A DNA stretch of 64,000 nucleotides, taken from contig OZ024747.1 in assembly GCA_964016885.1 (NCBI GenBank), forward strand, positions 50,220,001 to 50,284,000, written 5' to 3'. Of this stretch, positions 43,470 through 57,618 are shown one piece after another; the stretch's first letter is position 1; each line of letters begins with the position of its first letter. The notes beneath the pieces are model-generated. The model did no database searches. It worked only from the letters and a program-made list of their open reading frames with translations, and was not told the DNA's origin. The DNA comes from Eledone cirrhosa. Lineage: Eukaryota. A program made the translations under genes and the position numbers.

Positions 43470-44150
43470 ATATATATATATATATACAGACGTGATTCGC
43501 GGCCATCTTGCTTATGTCTTGTTTTATCTACATTTGACTGTCACCATTTTCGTTGTTTGTTTTGTAGTTATTTCATGTTTCTTTTATTTTTATGATCTTG
43601 TTGGTGGTGTTGTAGTTGTTGGTGTTGATGGTGTTGTTGATGATGTTGGTGATGTTGTTGACGGCGTTAGTGGTAATGTTGTTGAAGAAGATAAAGGTGG
43701 TGATGGCGTTGGTGATGTTACTGATGGTGGTGGTGGTGGTGATGTTGTTGATGTTGGCCTTAGTGATGATAATGTTGTTGTTGTTACCGTTGTCATTGTT
43801 ATTGCTGTCATTGTTGCTATTGTCGTTGTCGTTATTGTTGTTGACGTTGTTGTTGAGTGGATGTCTCCGTCGTTTTCATTGTTGTTGTTGTTGTTGTTCT
43901 TTGACGTTCTTCCAATCACCATCTCTTCCACCATCGCCACCATCACCTCACCATCATCATACACACCATGACTACCGCCACCCTCATCTGACACAACATA
44001 GCCTCCATCTCCATCGCCGCCGCCTCCACCATCACCTCACCCTACCACCACCACCACCGCCACCGCCACAATCACATCACCCTACCACCACCACCACCAC
44101 CGCCTCCGCCACAATCACCTCACCCTACCGCCACCACCACCGCCTCCGCC

Positions 44151-44350
44151 NNNNNNNNNNNNNNNNNNNNNNNNNNNNNNNNNNNNNNNNNNNNNNNNNN
44201 NNNNNNNNNNNNNNNNNNNNNNNNNNNNNNNNNNNNNNNNNNNNNNNNNNNNNNNNNNNNNNNNNNNNNNNNNNNNNNNNNNNNNNNNNNNNNNNNNNNN
44301 NNNNNNNNNNNNNNNNNNNNNNNNNNNNNNNNNNNNNNNNNNNNNNNNNN
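44151..44350. other. Assembly gap (200 N)
   Basis: Run of n. Confidence 1.
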
Positions 44351-47300
44351 CTGTGCTTCCGTCACAATAAGAGATATAGCCTTACTCTGTCCTTCCGTAA
44401 CAATAACACAGGCATCCTTACTCTGTCCTTCCGTCACAATAACACAGGCATCCTTACTCTGTCCTTCCGTCACAATAAGAGATATAGCCTTACTCTGTCC
44501 TTCCGTCACAATAACACAGGCATCCTTACTCTGTCCTTCCGTCACAATAAGAGATATAGCCTTACTCTTCCCTTCCATCACAATAACATAGGCATCCTTA
44601 CTCTGTCCTTCCGTCACAATAAGAGATATAGCCTTACTCTGTCCTTCCGTCACAATAACACAGGCATCCTTACTCTGTCCTTCCGTCACAATAAGAGATA
44701 TAGCCTTACTCTTTCCTTCCGTTACAATAACACAGGCATCCTTACTCTGTCCTTCCGTCACAATAAGAGATATAGCCTTACTCTTTCCTTCCATCACAAT
44801 AACACAGGCATCCTTACTCGGTCCTTCCATCACAATAACACAGGCATCCTTACTCTGTCCTTCCGTCACAATAAGAGATATAGCCTTACTCTTTCCTTCC
44901 GTCACAATAACACAGGCATCCTTACTCTGTCCTTCCGTCACAATAAGAGATATAGCCTTACTATTTCCTTCCATCACAATAACACAGGCATCCTTACTCT
45001 GTCCTTCCGTCACAATAAGAGATATAGCCTTACTCTTTCCTTCCGTCACAATAACACAGGCATCCTTACTCTGTCCTTCCGTCAAAATAAGAGATATAGC
45101 CTTACTCTATCCTTCCATCACAATAACACAGGCATCCTTACTCGGTCCTTCCATCACAATAACACAGGCATCCTTACTCTGTCCTTCCATCACAATAACA
45201 CAGGCATCCTTACTCTGTCCTTCCGTCACAATAAGAGATATAGCCTTACTCTTTCCTTCCGTCACAATAACACAGGCATCCTTACTCTGTCCTTCCGTCA
45301 CAATAAGAGATATAACCTTACTATTTCCTTCCATCACAATAACACAGGCATCCTTACTCTGTCATTCCGTCACAATAAGAGATATAGCCTTACTCTTTCC
45401 TTCCGTCACAATAACACAGGCATTCTTACTCTGTCCTTCCGTCAAAATAAGAGATATAGCCTTACTCTTTCCTTCCATCACAATAACACAGGCATCCTTA
45501 CTCGGTCCTTCCATCACAATAACACAGGCATCCTTACTCTGTCCTTCCATCACAATAACACAGGCATCCTTACTCTGTCCTTCCGTCACAATAAGAGATA
45601 TAGCCTTACTCTTTCCTTCCGTCACAATAACACAGGCATCCTTACTCTGTCCTTCCGTCACAATAAGAGATATAACCTTACTCTTTCCTTCTGTCACAAT
45701 AACACAGGCATCCTTACTCTGTCCTTCCGTCACAATAAGAGATATAACCTTACTCTTTCCTTCCGTCACAATAACACAGGCATCCTTACTCTGTCCTTCC
45801 GTCACAATAAGAGATAGAGCCTTACTCTTTCCTTCCGTCACAATAACACAGGCATCCTTACTCTGCCCTTCCGTCACAATAACACAGGAATCCTTACTCT
45901 GTCCTTCCGTCACAATAACACAGGCGTCCTTACTCTGTCCTTCCGTCACAATAACACAGGCATCCTTAGTCTGTCTTTCCCTCACAATAACACAGGCATC
46001 CTTACTCTGTCCTTCCGTCACAATAAGAGATATAGCCTTACTCTTTCCTTCCGTCACAATAACACAGGCATCCTTACTCTGTCCTTCCGTCACAATAACA
46101 CGGGCATACTTACTCTGTCCTTCCGTCACAATAACACAAGCATCCTTACTCTGTCCTTCCGTCACAATAACACAGGCATCCTTACTCTGTCCTTCCGTCA
46201 CAATAACACAGGCATCCTTAACCTGTCCTTCCGTCACAATAAGAGATATAGCCTTACTCTTTCCTTCCGTCACAATAACACAGGCATCCTTACTCTTTCC
46301 TTCCGTCACAATTACACAGGCATCCTTACTCTGTCCTTCCGTCACAATAACACAGGCATCCTTAACCTGTCCTTCCGTCACAATAAGAGATATAGCCTTA
46401 CTCTTTCCTTCCGTCACAATAACACAGGCATCCTTACTCTTTCCTTCCGTCACAATTACACAGGCATCCTTACTCTGTCCTTCCGTCACAATAAGAGATA
46501 TAGCCTTACTCTGTTCTTCCGTCACAATAACACAGGCATCCTTATTCTGTCCTTCCCTCACAATAACACAGGCATCCTTACTCTGTCCTTCCGTCACAAT
46601 AAGAGATATAGCCTTACTCTTTCCTTCCGTCACAATAACACAGGCATCCTTACTCTGTCCTTCCGTCACAATAACACAGGCATCCTTACTCTGTCCTTCC
46701 GTCACAATAAGAGATATAGCCTTACTCTTTCCTTCCGTCACAATAACACAGGCATCCTTACTCTGTCCTTCCGTCACAATAACACAGGCATCCTTACCCT
46801 GTCCTTCCATTCACAATAACATAGGCATCCTTACTCTGTCCTTCCGTCACAATAACACAGGCATCCTTACTCTGTCCTTCCGTCACAATAACACAGGCAT
46901 CCTTACTCTGTCCTTCCGTCATAATAAGACAGGCATTCTTACTCTGTCCTTCCGTCACAATAAGAGATATAGCCTTACTCTGTCCTTCGGTCACAATAAC
47001 ACAGGCATCCTTACTCTGTCCTGCCGTCACAATAACACAGGCATCCTTACTCTGTCCTTCCGTCACAATAACACAGGCATCCTTACTCTGTTCTTCCGTC
47101 ACAATAAGAGAAATAGCCTTACTCTTTCCTTCCGTGACAATAACACAGGCATCCTTACTCTGTCCTTCCGTCACAATAAGAGATATAGCCTTACTCTTTC
47201 CTTCCGTCACAATAACACAGGCATCCTTACTCTGTCCTTCCGTCACAATAAGAGATATAGCCTTACTCTTTCCTTCCATCACAATAACACAGGCATCCTT

Positions 47301-48413
47301 ACTCTGTCCTTCCGTCACAATAACACAGGAATCCTTACTCTGTCCTTCCGTCACAATAACACAGGCATCCTTACTCTGTTCTTCCGTCACAATAAGAGAA
47401 ATAGCCTTACTCTTTCCTTCCGTGACAATAACACAGGCATCCTTTCTCTGTCCTTCCGTCACAATAAGAGATATAGCCTTACTCTTTCCTTCCATCACAA
47501 TAACACAGGCATCCTTACTCTGTCCTTCCGTCACAACAACACAGGAATCCTTACTCTGTCCTTCCGTCACAATAACACAGGCATCCTTACTCTGTCATTC
47601 CGTCACAATAACACAGGCATCCTTACTCTGTCCTTCCGTCACAATAAGAGATATAGCCTTACTCTTTCCTTCTGTCACAATAACACAGGCATCCTTACTC
47701 TGTCCTTCCGTTAAAATAAGAGATATAGCCTTTCTCTGTCCTTCCGTCACAATAACATAGGCATCCTTACTCTGTCCTTCCGTCACAATAACACAGGCAT
47801 CCTTACTCTGTTCTTCCGTCACAATAACACAGGCATCCTTACTCTGTTCTTCCGTCACAATAAGAGATATAACCTTACTCTTTCCTTCCGTCACAATAAC
47901 ACAGGCATCCTTACTCTGTCCTTCCGTCACACTAAGACAGATACCCTCACTCTTTCCTTCCGTCACAATAACACAGGCATCCTTACTCTTTCTTTCCGTC
48001 ACAATAACACAGGCATCCTTACTCTTTCCTTCCGTCACAATAACATAGGCATCCTTACTCTTTCTTTCCGTCACAATAACACAGGCATCCTTACTCTGTC
48101 CTTCCGTCACACTAAGACAGATATCCTCACTCTTTCCTTCCGTCACAATAACACAGGCATCCTTACTCTTTCTTTCCGTCACAATAACACAGGCATCCTT
48201 ACTCTGTCCTCCCGTCACACTAAGACAGATATCCTCACTCTTTCCTTCCGTCACAATAACACAGGCATCCTTACTCTTTCCTTCCGTCACAATAACACAG
48301 GCATCCTTACTCTTTCTTTCCGTCACAATAACACAGGCACCCTAACGCTTTCCTTCCGTCACACTAAGACAGTTATCTTTACCCTTTCCTTCCGTCACAC
48401 TAAGACAGTTATC
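44351..48413. repeat. 36-bp minisatellite with two monomer types
   Basis: ctctgtccttccgtcacaat-aacacaggcatcctta (A) and -aagagatatagcctta (B); ~4 kb, about 110 units. Confidence 0.97.
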
Positions 48414-48635
48414 TCTATATATCAAACACCATATTGGAATTAACTGTAAAGATCAATCCAATTTCTTTTATGCTGCAATGAAGCACACAATAATTACTTA
48501 TTTACAAAATAGTGTATATTTGAAAATGTTAAATATGCTTAATGCAAGTCTCCGAGTGAAAATTTAAACCAATATATGAAAAATACGTTTATTGCATTAA
48601 TATATATATATACTATATGAAAATATGTACAACCC

Positions 48636-48670
<35 letters not shown>

Positions 48671-48795
48671 CATATTAAGAGACATTTGTTCATGTAACGG
48701 TTCAATTACACAACGTGTTTTTGTACAGCATGCTGGATCGGCAACAGTATGTGTGACATTTCATGATAAATATGGTCTCATTAAATTGAAGAATA

Positions 48796-48878
48796 CTCCC
48801 CTGACGAATTCGTACATTCTTCAAATATTGGTGTTTTCCAATAGTTGCTTCTTCCACAAATGAAACCATGGTTGTGAG
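48796..48878 (+). ncRNA. Type I hammerhead with extended stem II
   Basis: CTCCC CTGACGA ATTcGT...TATTGG tgtttt CCAATA...ACaAAT GAA ACCATGGT T GTGAG; a decayed relative lies at ~59019-59170. Confidence 0.8.
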
Positions 48879-49028
48879 ATCGATATATAAGTCAGATCGA
48901 CTAAAATGTTTTTTTGGTCTGTCTGGCTTATATTCCCATATTCAGTTAAATGTAATATGTAATATATTTTATTTATATATTTTATCCATTCATTAGGATG
49001 CTGAAGTATTAGAAACTACTTAATATTT

Positions 49029-49071
<43 letters not shown>

Positions 49072-49535
49072 CATATATATGAGAGTAGATAAGGTTTAGT
49101 TTATGTAAATCGTATATGAAGAATAAATGCTTTAAACAAAATAACTGCTTACCAGAGAATTTGACTCGACGGCGCCCTTTGAATCATATAGCATAAATAA
49201 CTCCTAACACTTTCTACTATCACATTTCATTTCATTCTATTTTTTTTATTGCCATTTTGATTTATTCTTGTTTTATATTTTCTTAAATGGAAATAACATT
49301 TTTATACTGAACATCTCATTCTTGAATTCTACCTCATGGTGGTTAGTCACCTCCACAAACAATTATAAGCTTTCCGAAGAAGTGTGATAAATAATTAAGT
49401 ATTGCATATGATTGAACAACATATATTGTAGTCAGCATATGTAGACAATTAAAATAGACACAGAAACATATGTTAAAGCAAATAAATTCCTAATTTCCTT
49501 TCTCGCCGAAGATTTTTTTCTTGGTGTAATACTTG

Positions 49536-49756
<221 letters not shown>

Positions 49757-49802
49757 TAAAATAACGGGAGGCTGGACTGGTGTAATTCCTTAAAGGTTTA
49801 TT

Positions 49803-49845
49803 ATACTATGATCATTTCAATGACCGGGGTGACATCATCAGGTGT
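49803..49845 (-). ncRNA. Minimal type I hammerhead
   Basis: Minus strand: ACAC CTGATGA TGtcACC cc GGTCA tt GAA ATGATCAT A GTAT; weak stems I and II. Confidence 0.7.
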
Positions 49846-50051
49846 TCGAAATTTAGCAAAGGAATATAATTCATAGGGCTGAAAAGGCAGAGAGACAAGA
49901 AGGCGGCCACACATTTAGCAGTTTCTAGTTCGGTCGGCCGCCTTCAAATATATATATCTAATTAAATAGCTCTGTTCTATACATAGAGCACTCTTTTTTC
50001 CTTTGCTTTTTCTTCGGAATTACCATATATATATATATATATATTTATATA

Positions 50052-50088
<37 letters not shown>

Positions 50089-50109
50089 AAAGGTAGAAGT
50101 AAATATCTT

Positions 50110-50175
50110 ATACTTTATTTTAACCACCTTTAAATGATGAAAAGATATTTGACCTCTGTGGGATTTGAACTCAGA
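50110..50175 (-). mobile_element. SINE family 1 fragment
   Basis: tactttatttt...gatgaaa...ttgacctc..gggatttgaactcaga. Confidence 0.55.
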
Positions 50176-50608
50176 GTACACACACAACCCGAACATATAA
50201 TGTGAGTTTATTTTTTGTTCTACGCTCTGACAACTCTACTATAAGAGAGTCAGTAGCCCCGATGATATTATTATTAAACGATAAAACGGTAGCCATTCAT
50301 TCATACGTCTAACAGAGCGGACAGTGTGTTAACACATTCACACACTCAGAATCATGTTGAAACGAAACACTATTTGATGCAGTATCGAGCTTATATAATT
50401 TGCAAGACAGTTTGAACATTAAAATTTCGTTGTAAAGTTAAGTATTCTTTTCTATTTTATTTTATGTTTGAAATAAATGTACAACAATGTACTGAGGATT
50501 CCAATACTTAGAAACCAGCCGACATTTTAAAGTGATCGCCATTTCTCTCATTTTTTATGGTCGTCTGTTCTAAGTAAACATTAAATCTTCTCAAATATCG
50601 TTTTACAA

Positions 50609-50678
50609 TCTTCTTCTTCTTCTTCTTCTTCTTCTTCTTCTTCTTCTTCTTCTTCTTCTCATCATTATCCCCCACTCG

Positions 50679-50764
<86 letters not shown>

Positions 50765-50791
50765 GCTGCTACTGCTACTACTACTACTACT
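50609..50791. repeat. (TTC)n and (CTA)n microsatellites
   Basis: Directly visible. Confidence 0.97.
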
Positions 50792-50959
50792 TGAGACCCT
50801 GGTGACTTCAACGTATAAACGTCAGTATTGCTACCATTTTTTTTTAGTAGTTTTACTAGATATAAATATATAGCAACTGTGGAACGTTGTACTGAAGATA
50901 GGAAAACAAGATATATAATAAGCATTTATAAATGAAACACTCTGCCGTTTACTACTACG

Positions 50960-51236
50960 AGTGTTCCCGTTGATCCGATCAACGGAATAGGCTGCATGTG
51001 AGTGAGTATTATACTTCCACGCGTACCTTTAACGTAGTTCTCAGGGAGATTCAGCGTGACACAGAATGTGACAAGGCTGGTCATTTAAATTACAGATACA
51101 ACTCATTTTTACAAGCTGAATGGACTGAAGCAATGTGAAATAAAGTGCCTTGCTCAAGGACACAGCGCGCCACCGGAAATCGAACTCCCAACCTTACGAT
51201 TGTAAGCCGAATACCTAACCACAAAGCCACGGGACT

Positions 51237-51240
<4 letters not shown>
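50960..51240 (-). mobile_element. tRNA-derived SINE, family 2
   Basis: Minus strand: A-box-like TGGCTTTGTGG, B-box-like GTTCGATTTCC, then gtgtccttgagcaaggcactttatttcac. Confidence 0.82.
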
Positions 51241-51329
<89 letters not shown>

Positions 51330-51377
51330 ATAAAAAATAAATCAAAGAAGCCTTCAATACATCAAAAGTCTTTATTA

Positions 51378-51415
51378 GCCAACAATGTTTCGTCCTATTA
51401 AGGACTCATCAGGGC
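51378..51415 (-). ncRNA. Canonical minimal hammerhead in a ~145-bp island between (TA)n tracts
   Basis: Minus strand: GCC CTGATGA GTCC ttaata GGAC GAA ACATTGT T GGC. Confidence 0.88.
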
Positions 51416-51474
51416 AAGTAAAGCTACAAGAAGCACTATCGGCTAACTCCAACACACTCTAGTATTTTAATTCT

Positions 51475-51926
<452 letters not shown>

Positions 51927-52517
51927 TACCCATCTGACCAATATCCCTCCCCTCCCTCTGTTTCGCTATCGCATCTATTCATCTCTTATATCTTAGCCCA
52001 ACACCCTCACATCGTTACGTGAGCACCAAGCTTACCACTAATAAGCGGCCAAAACATCACTCTATCATCGCCCCTACCAATTGATGTTATCCAGCATAAT
52101 GTTTTCGCGATTGATCAGCTCAAGTTTCGATCGGTAATGATCGGGCCCCGCCCGACTCTGGAATCAAATATATATATAAGTTATTATGTGAGTACCTAGA
52201 GGTTACCAGCGGTGAGGTTGGTCGAAGCACTCGACGGTGTTACAGGGTATGTCACTCGTTGGGCTGTTCTCCAGGTTTATGACGGCTGTAGTTTGCAGAG
52301 TGTATATATATATAGAGTGACAATAAGAAGTCACATTTGCGGCTTGTTATGAAACTTTATTGCATATTACAATTATTTCAATATCGATCAGCTCGGGTTT
52401 GATCAGGCGATCGGATGCCGACTCATAATCGACACTTCTTCAGATATGTGAGTTTACATGGGTGTTCCAAAAATTATTTTACTATGCAAATAGTATCCAG
52501 CTGTTCACGGCTACCCC

Positions 52518-52589
<72 letters not shown>

Positions 52590-52607
52590 ATATATATATA
52601 TATATAG

Positions 52608-54417
52608 GGCCCGAAACCGGCCGCCTCGAGGACCGCCGCCAGGGTCCGATGGTCGACCCTGTCAAATGCCTTAGATTGATCCAAGTTGAACCCGTGCCAG
52701 GTTCCTTAACCACCCTCTTTATGATGTATCGCATGAGGTGGAAGTTGTCGGAGATGGATCTGTCTGGAATGGCGCATGTTTGCGCCTCTCCCACCAGATC
52801 ACCGACGACAAGCGCCAATCTCGTTGCTAACAAATTGGCCAAAATCTTGAACTCTGCGTTTAACAGAGTTATGGGCCTAAAATTGTCTATAACGTCCCCC
52901 TTGTACGGGTCTTTTCTCAACAGCGCCACCGCTCCCCGGCTCACAAAACTGGGAATGCTCCCGTTCTGCTGCCAGTTGCAGTAGACATCTGCCAAGAGGT
53001 CGCCGAACAAGTCTGGCATGTACGCATAAAGCTCGTAAGGCAGACCATCCAAACCTGGCACTTTACCCCATCCTGTAGTCAGACATCGCTTCCCGTATTT
53101 CACTTGCTGTTATCGGCTTTTCGCAATACTGCGCTGCGGTCGTCGAGAGCCGCGGCAGTCCCTCGATGTATGCACTGCAGTTCATACTCCGATCCGGGTA
53201 AAAAATTGAGCAAAGTGCTGCTGAAAAGCCGCACACATCTGCTTGGGTTCGAGCTACATGCGCCCGTTTTGATCAGGCAAAGATTGAATTGTGGCTTTGT
53301 TGTCACGTCGCGCCTCCACCACCTGGGCCCATTAGACGGCTTTTATCCCCTCGTGTCTCAGAGCACGTGCTCTAACACTGACACGCAGCCTTCGTGCTTT
53401 GCGTTGAAGAATTGGTCGAGTGCCAATCTCGCCGCAAGCACGTCCGTGGAGATGACTGCCCCTAAACGCTTCTTCTAGCTTTCTAACTAGCTCTTTCTCT
53501 CTACTCTATTTTCCTCTATCACTACTAATTTGCTAAACCTTATCGATTCTACTGTAATTGCCCTTTTCAGGGTAAACCACCAACTGTTGTTGACGATCGC
53601 ACCCGTCAAAGCACGATTAACTAATTCGCTTATCCGGTCTCAGTAAGCATTGAGCGACGGGAAAGACGCGTTCAGCTTCCAGTAACCGGGTCCTTGCCTA
53701 TGAAGTCTATCTAAGTCGATTTCACAGATCACAAATTTGTGGTCAGTGTAGTCGACTACTTTAAATTGTGGACAACCTGCTAGCCTTATCTATTTCCCTA
53801 CAGAATACCCTATCTAGATACGATCTGGATGACCCGATACGGTTTTCCCATGACCACATTGGTACATTCGGATAATCCAGTCGATACCTTTCAGACAGTT
53901 GAAAGCGTCTGAGCAGGTTGGTGAGGATTTTACATCCTCTTCTCTTATTTACTAGCCCCACATAACCCCAACGTGCATCTAAGATACCGTTCCAGGCACC
54001 CACTAACACTAAAGAGTGGGACGTTCCCAGAAAGGTCCATAGACGTCTGAAGAAATTTGGCCGTCCTGCGCCTGTTCGGGCGTAGACGGCTACGAGCCTG
54101 AAAGCGTTGCCTTCGCTGCCGGTCACGTCCAGCACCACCGACTTACCTTCTGGCTCCAGGAAGATGACCCGTATGGCGAGATCCAAGCCTCTCCGAAAAA
54201 GCACAGCATCTCCGCTCCCCGCTCCCGGACGGCTGGGAGTTGCGTATACATCGTAGCTGCCGAAGATCGGTGCGAAGTCTCGTGCTTCGGAAATTCTGGT
54301 CTCGCTGATGGCCACCACATTTATGTTTAGTGACCTGAGATCGTTAAGCAGGTGGCCCTGCTTCCAAGATGACCCCAGGCCACGTACATTTATACTGCCC
54401 AATCTAAGTAAGGCCAT
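52608..54417 (-). pseudogene. Tx1/L1-clade ORF2, 5' half: APE endonuclease and RT N-terminus
   Basis: MALLRLGSINVRGL, VVAISET, VGAWN, SYLDR, DHK, PGYWKLN, KVPGLDGLPYELY, NFRPITLLNAEFKILA; stops and frameshifts. Confidence 0.9.
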
Positions 54418-54451
54418 GTTCGGTAAGGAATGGAGTAAGTGAGAAAGGATC

Positions 54452-55790
54452 ACTTACCCTGATCGTGTGGTAAAGGGAGAGTCGAACCGTCCCTTTGGCT
54501 GGTCATGGGTGTCTCCAAGATAATGTCGGTGTATATCCTCTTGGTAACCGCCCCTCTGAAGTCTCCATCTGCGTTGGGGAATTTTTCTATTAAATGTTTA
54601 TAATGTTCTATTTTAATTTCAATAATGTTTATTTTTTGGTAATGTTCTTGATGTTGGTGGGGTGTAGTAATTTTTGTCTGTAATGTCTGTGTGCTGCTTT
54701 ATATGTTCTAAGAGTTCTTTATTTGCCATGTTTATGGCTGGGTAATGTTTTTTTGGGGGGTTGGGCTTGGTTTTGTTGCTGTTTTCTTGTTGCTGCTGTT
54801 GGGTATGCGTGCATTGTTGTGTTTACGATGTTGGTACTTGAGGTGATGCTGGTGGTGGTGTGGTTGTTGTTGGTGGTGATGCTTGTGATGGTGATGGTGG
54901 TGGCGTTGCTGCGAGTCGCCTTGCAGGCTTTACCCCTCTTTGTTTGCCCTCGCTTTTGGAGGGTGAAGCTAAGGGGTTCTTTCTTTTTTGTTTTTTTGTG
55001 ACCGATCTTTTGCCACTTACTCCCGCCTCACACTCCATGTCGGATTCCGTGGCGTCTGGGAGGAGTATGTGCTACACGGCTGTTGGTGGTGGTAGTATAG
55101 TCCTCTCCGGCGATTTTGTTGCTGGTGCAGCTACTGCAAATGTAGCTACTGGTATTGCCTAAACTGCTGCCGCTGTTTTAGTTGTCCGTGGCCTTGCTAT
55201 GGGTGCCACGGACGTTACCCTCCTACTCACCATGGAAGTGTCTGCTGCTTCTGTTACCTGCGCTGCTCTTGGTAGCAGCGGACCAGGCGTCGGAAGGAGG
55301 GGGGCCTTCTTCTTCGCTGTCTTCTGCAGGCAAAAGGCCCTGAGGTGACCCTTTGACCCACAGAGATTTCACTTTGGGCGCCTTCCTTCCACACTTATAT
55401 GGTCTATGATATCTGGGATGGCCTCGATGCAATCCTGGTCAGTTTGTATTAGCATTTGCACGCCTATACCTGACCAGTTCTCTCTCAGTTTTCTGTACTT
55501 GCAGCATGGTCGTCCTGTCTTCGATTCCAACAAGGACAGAAGCGGTCAGCCAAGGTATGGGCAAGTCGGGCGGGACCTGGGTAACTTTGACCCCCACAAT
55601 TTTCTGCCCGCCGTAGGAGGGCACCAAGACTATCTCCTCACTCTTTAGGGTTGCTAAAGAGTGAGACTTCGGGAAAAAGTACGTCTACTGTGGCATACTT
55701 GTTGTCCAGACGCACTCCAAGGCCTATTGGATTTGAACCTCCGTGGCTCTCTCCACCTGATGTGATATTTTGCTTACAGTGCGGTAAGTC
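54452..55790 (-). pseudogene. Tx1-like ORF1 remnant with a CCHC knuckle
   Basis: KYATVDVLF; VEGRRPK*NLCGSKGHLRAFC near 55325-55395 (C-X2-C-X4-H-X4-C, with the first C now a stop). Confidence 0.7.
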
Positions 55791-55794
55791 AAAA

Positions 55795-56545
55795 TGAGGG
55801 CTAGTGCGCGTGTGTCGGAAATCCTGGTCTCGTTGACGGCAATCACATCCATTTCCAGAGACCTGAGGTCGTTGAGCAGGCGACCCTGCTTTCAGGGTGA
55901 CCCCAGGCCACGAACATTTAAACTTCATACTCTTAATATGGCCATGTTGGCAAGCTGAAAGAGAGAGGCAAGGTTTACTTACCTCCCGGGGTCTTGTGAT
56001 GGTCGGGTGGTTCGACCTCCATGGTCGATGGGGTTTCTTTTGGAAACCCCTTTAAAAGTCTCGATGTGGGTTTCACGTTCGGGGTTCACACGACTTGAGG
56101 AAAGTTCTCTCAAATTTCTTTGAAGGAATCGAGTGACATTCGCACCAGAAACAAATCTTCTGGCACGTAAAATGTGCTCAATTCAAAGATCTCCCCCTCT
56201 GTTTGAATGTTCTCGCTTCGTGCTAAGAGGCCCATCAATTTATCGTTGGCCCTTCTGACAAACACGAAGTTTTTAATGTTTTGTTGGTGTGGTTTTATTT
56301 GTTTTCGTTTCGGTGATTTTGGTGGTGATGGTTTTGCTGGTGTTTTTTCGGGTATGTCTGTGTTTGTTGTAGGTGTGGAGTCTGCAATTGCAGGCGTCTG
56401 TGTGTTTATGTGTTCTTGTATTTGTTTAGGTTGTTTGCGTTTAGGGGATTGTGAGGTTGGTGTTGATGTTGATGTTGATGTTATTGGGGAAGTGTTTGCG
56501 TTAGTGGTGTCTGTATTTTTTGTTGTGTATGATTTTGTGTTTTGT
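55795..56545 (-). mobile_element. Second Tx1-like fragment: ORF1 end and ORF2 start
   Basis: ATG at 55945, MAILRV*SLNVRGLGSP*KQGRLLNDLRSL..VIAVNETRIS, paralleling the ORF2 start at 54417. Confidence 0.75.
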
Positions 56546-56574
56546 CCCCTCTGTTGTTTGTCCTTGTCCTGATC

Positions 56575-57248
56575 CCCCTGCCATTATACTGCGAAAACTG
56601 AGAGCAGGATACAAGTTGGGAAAGGGAGAGCTTACCATCAATCACCTCCTCTTCATGGACGATCTTAAGCTCTTCGGGAAGAGTGAGAAGGAGTTGGATG
56701 TGCTTGTTGACACTGTCCGTATTTTCAGTAATGATATATGTATGCAATTTGATATTAGTAAGTGTGGAGTCCTTGTGATGAAGAGGGGTAAATTGAGCAG
56801 AAGCAACAGAATCCAGGTACCAACAGGTGAGGTGATAAAGGAAATTGACACTGAAGAAGGATACAAGTATTTGGGTGTTCTGGAGGCTGATGACATCAAG
56901 AACAAAAACATGAAGTGCAAGAAAAGGAGAGGGAGAAATTAACCGATACCAGGACTTAAAGTGAGAGGTAAAAAGGATTTGGAACTGCCATGAAGTCACA
57001 GTCGTCCCGATTGTCATAGGCGCACTAGGTACTATCTCAAAGAGTTTTCAAGGATGGTTAAAGAAATTTAGTCCAGCCCCGCTTTTTGGAACACTTCAAA
57101 AGGCATGCTTGCTGGGAACAGCAGGAACCCTCCGATACGTCCTGAATATCTGAGGCTGCAGGTAGCGACTTGATATTCATTTCAACAAACTTTCCAGTTA
57201 AATAACATCAATGACTGAGACTCAAAGAATAAAATAATAATAATAATA
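56575..57248 (+). mobile_element. R4/Dong-type LINE fragment, internally deleted, with (TAA)n end
   Basis: INHLLFMDDLKLF...SKC...YKYLGV joined to the RLE end (RYQDLK..VVPIVIGALG..LQKACLLGTA), stop ~57153, then (TAA)n. Confidence 0.85.
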
Positions 57249-57528
57249 GTTTCATTTATTGACCACAATGTAATGGACAATACAAAAACAGAGACAGTTG
57301 AGTAAAAATGTACAATAACAAAACCAATTTAACAATAAAAATAATATAAAAATAAAATATATAAAAAAATAACAAAATGAATTCCCCAATGTCGGGGTGA
57401 ACCACCAGAGTCAACTCGGATACCCCACCAATCCTGAACCTCCCGATACTTCGAGGGCACTCAACTCCCCAAATTAACCCGCCTACAGGCTCATGGTCAG
57501 AGTAGGCCCACTCACACAGGCCATTCTA
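57249..57528 (-). mobile_element. Tx1-like 3' end inserted at the Dong-type (TAA)n tail
   Basis: Minus strand: agaatggcctgtgtgagtgggcc..gaccatgagcctgtagg (as at 7292-7337), ending gtggtcaataaatgaaac-tattatta. Confidence 0.75.
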
Positions 57529-57618
57529 GAAGAAGAAGAAGAAGAAGAAAAAGAAGAAGAAGAAGAAGAAGAAGAAGAAGAAGAAGAAGAAGAAGAAGAA
57601 GAAGAAGAAGAAGAAGAA
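57528..57618. repeat. (GAA)n microsatellite
   Basis: Directly visible. Confidence 0.97.

Larger units (their letters stand above)
41860..43625. repeat. Outer inverted pair (~41860-42005 / ~43478-43625) enclosing an HHR cluster
   Basis: caagatcataaaaataaaagaaacatg...gcaagatggcc..cacgtctg mirrors cagacgtg..ggccatcttgc...catgtttcttttatttttatgatcttg. Confidence 0.9.

Noticed and set aside
44351-48413. 36-bp repeats as a CRISPR array or a repeat-protein gene
   Set aside because: The units are contiguous with no unique spacers, and a frameshift and stops interrupt the frames
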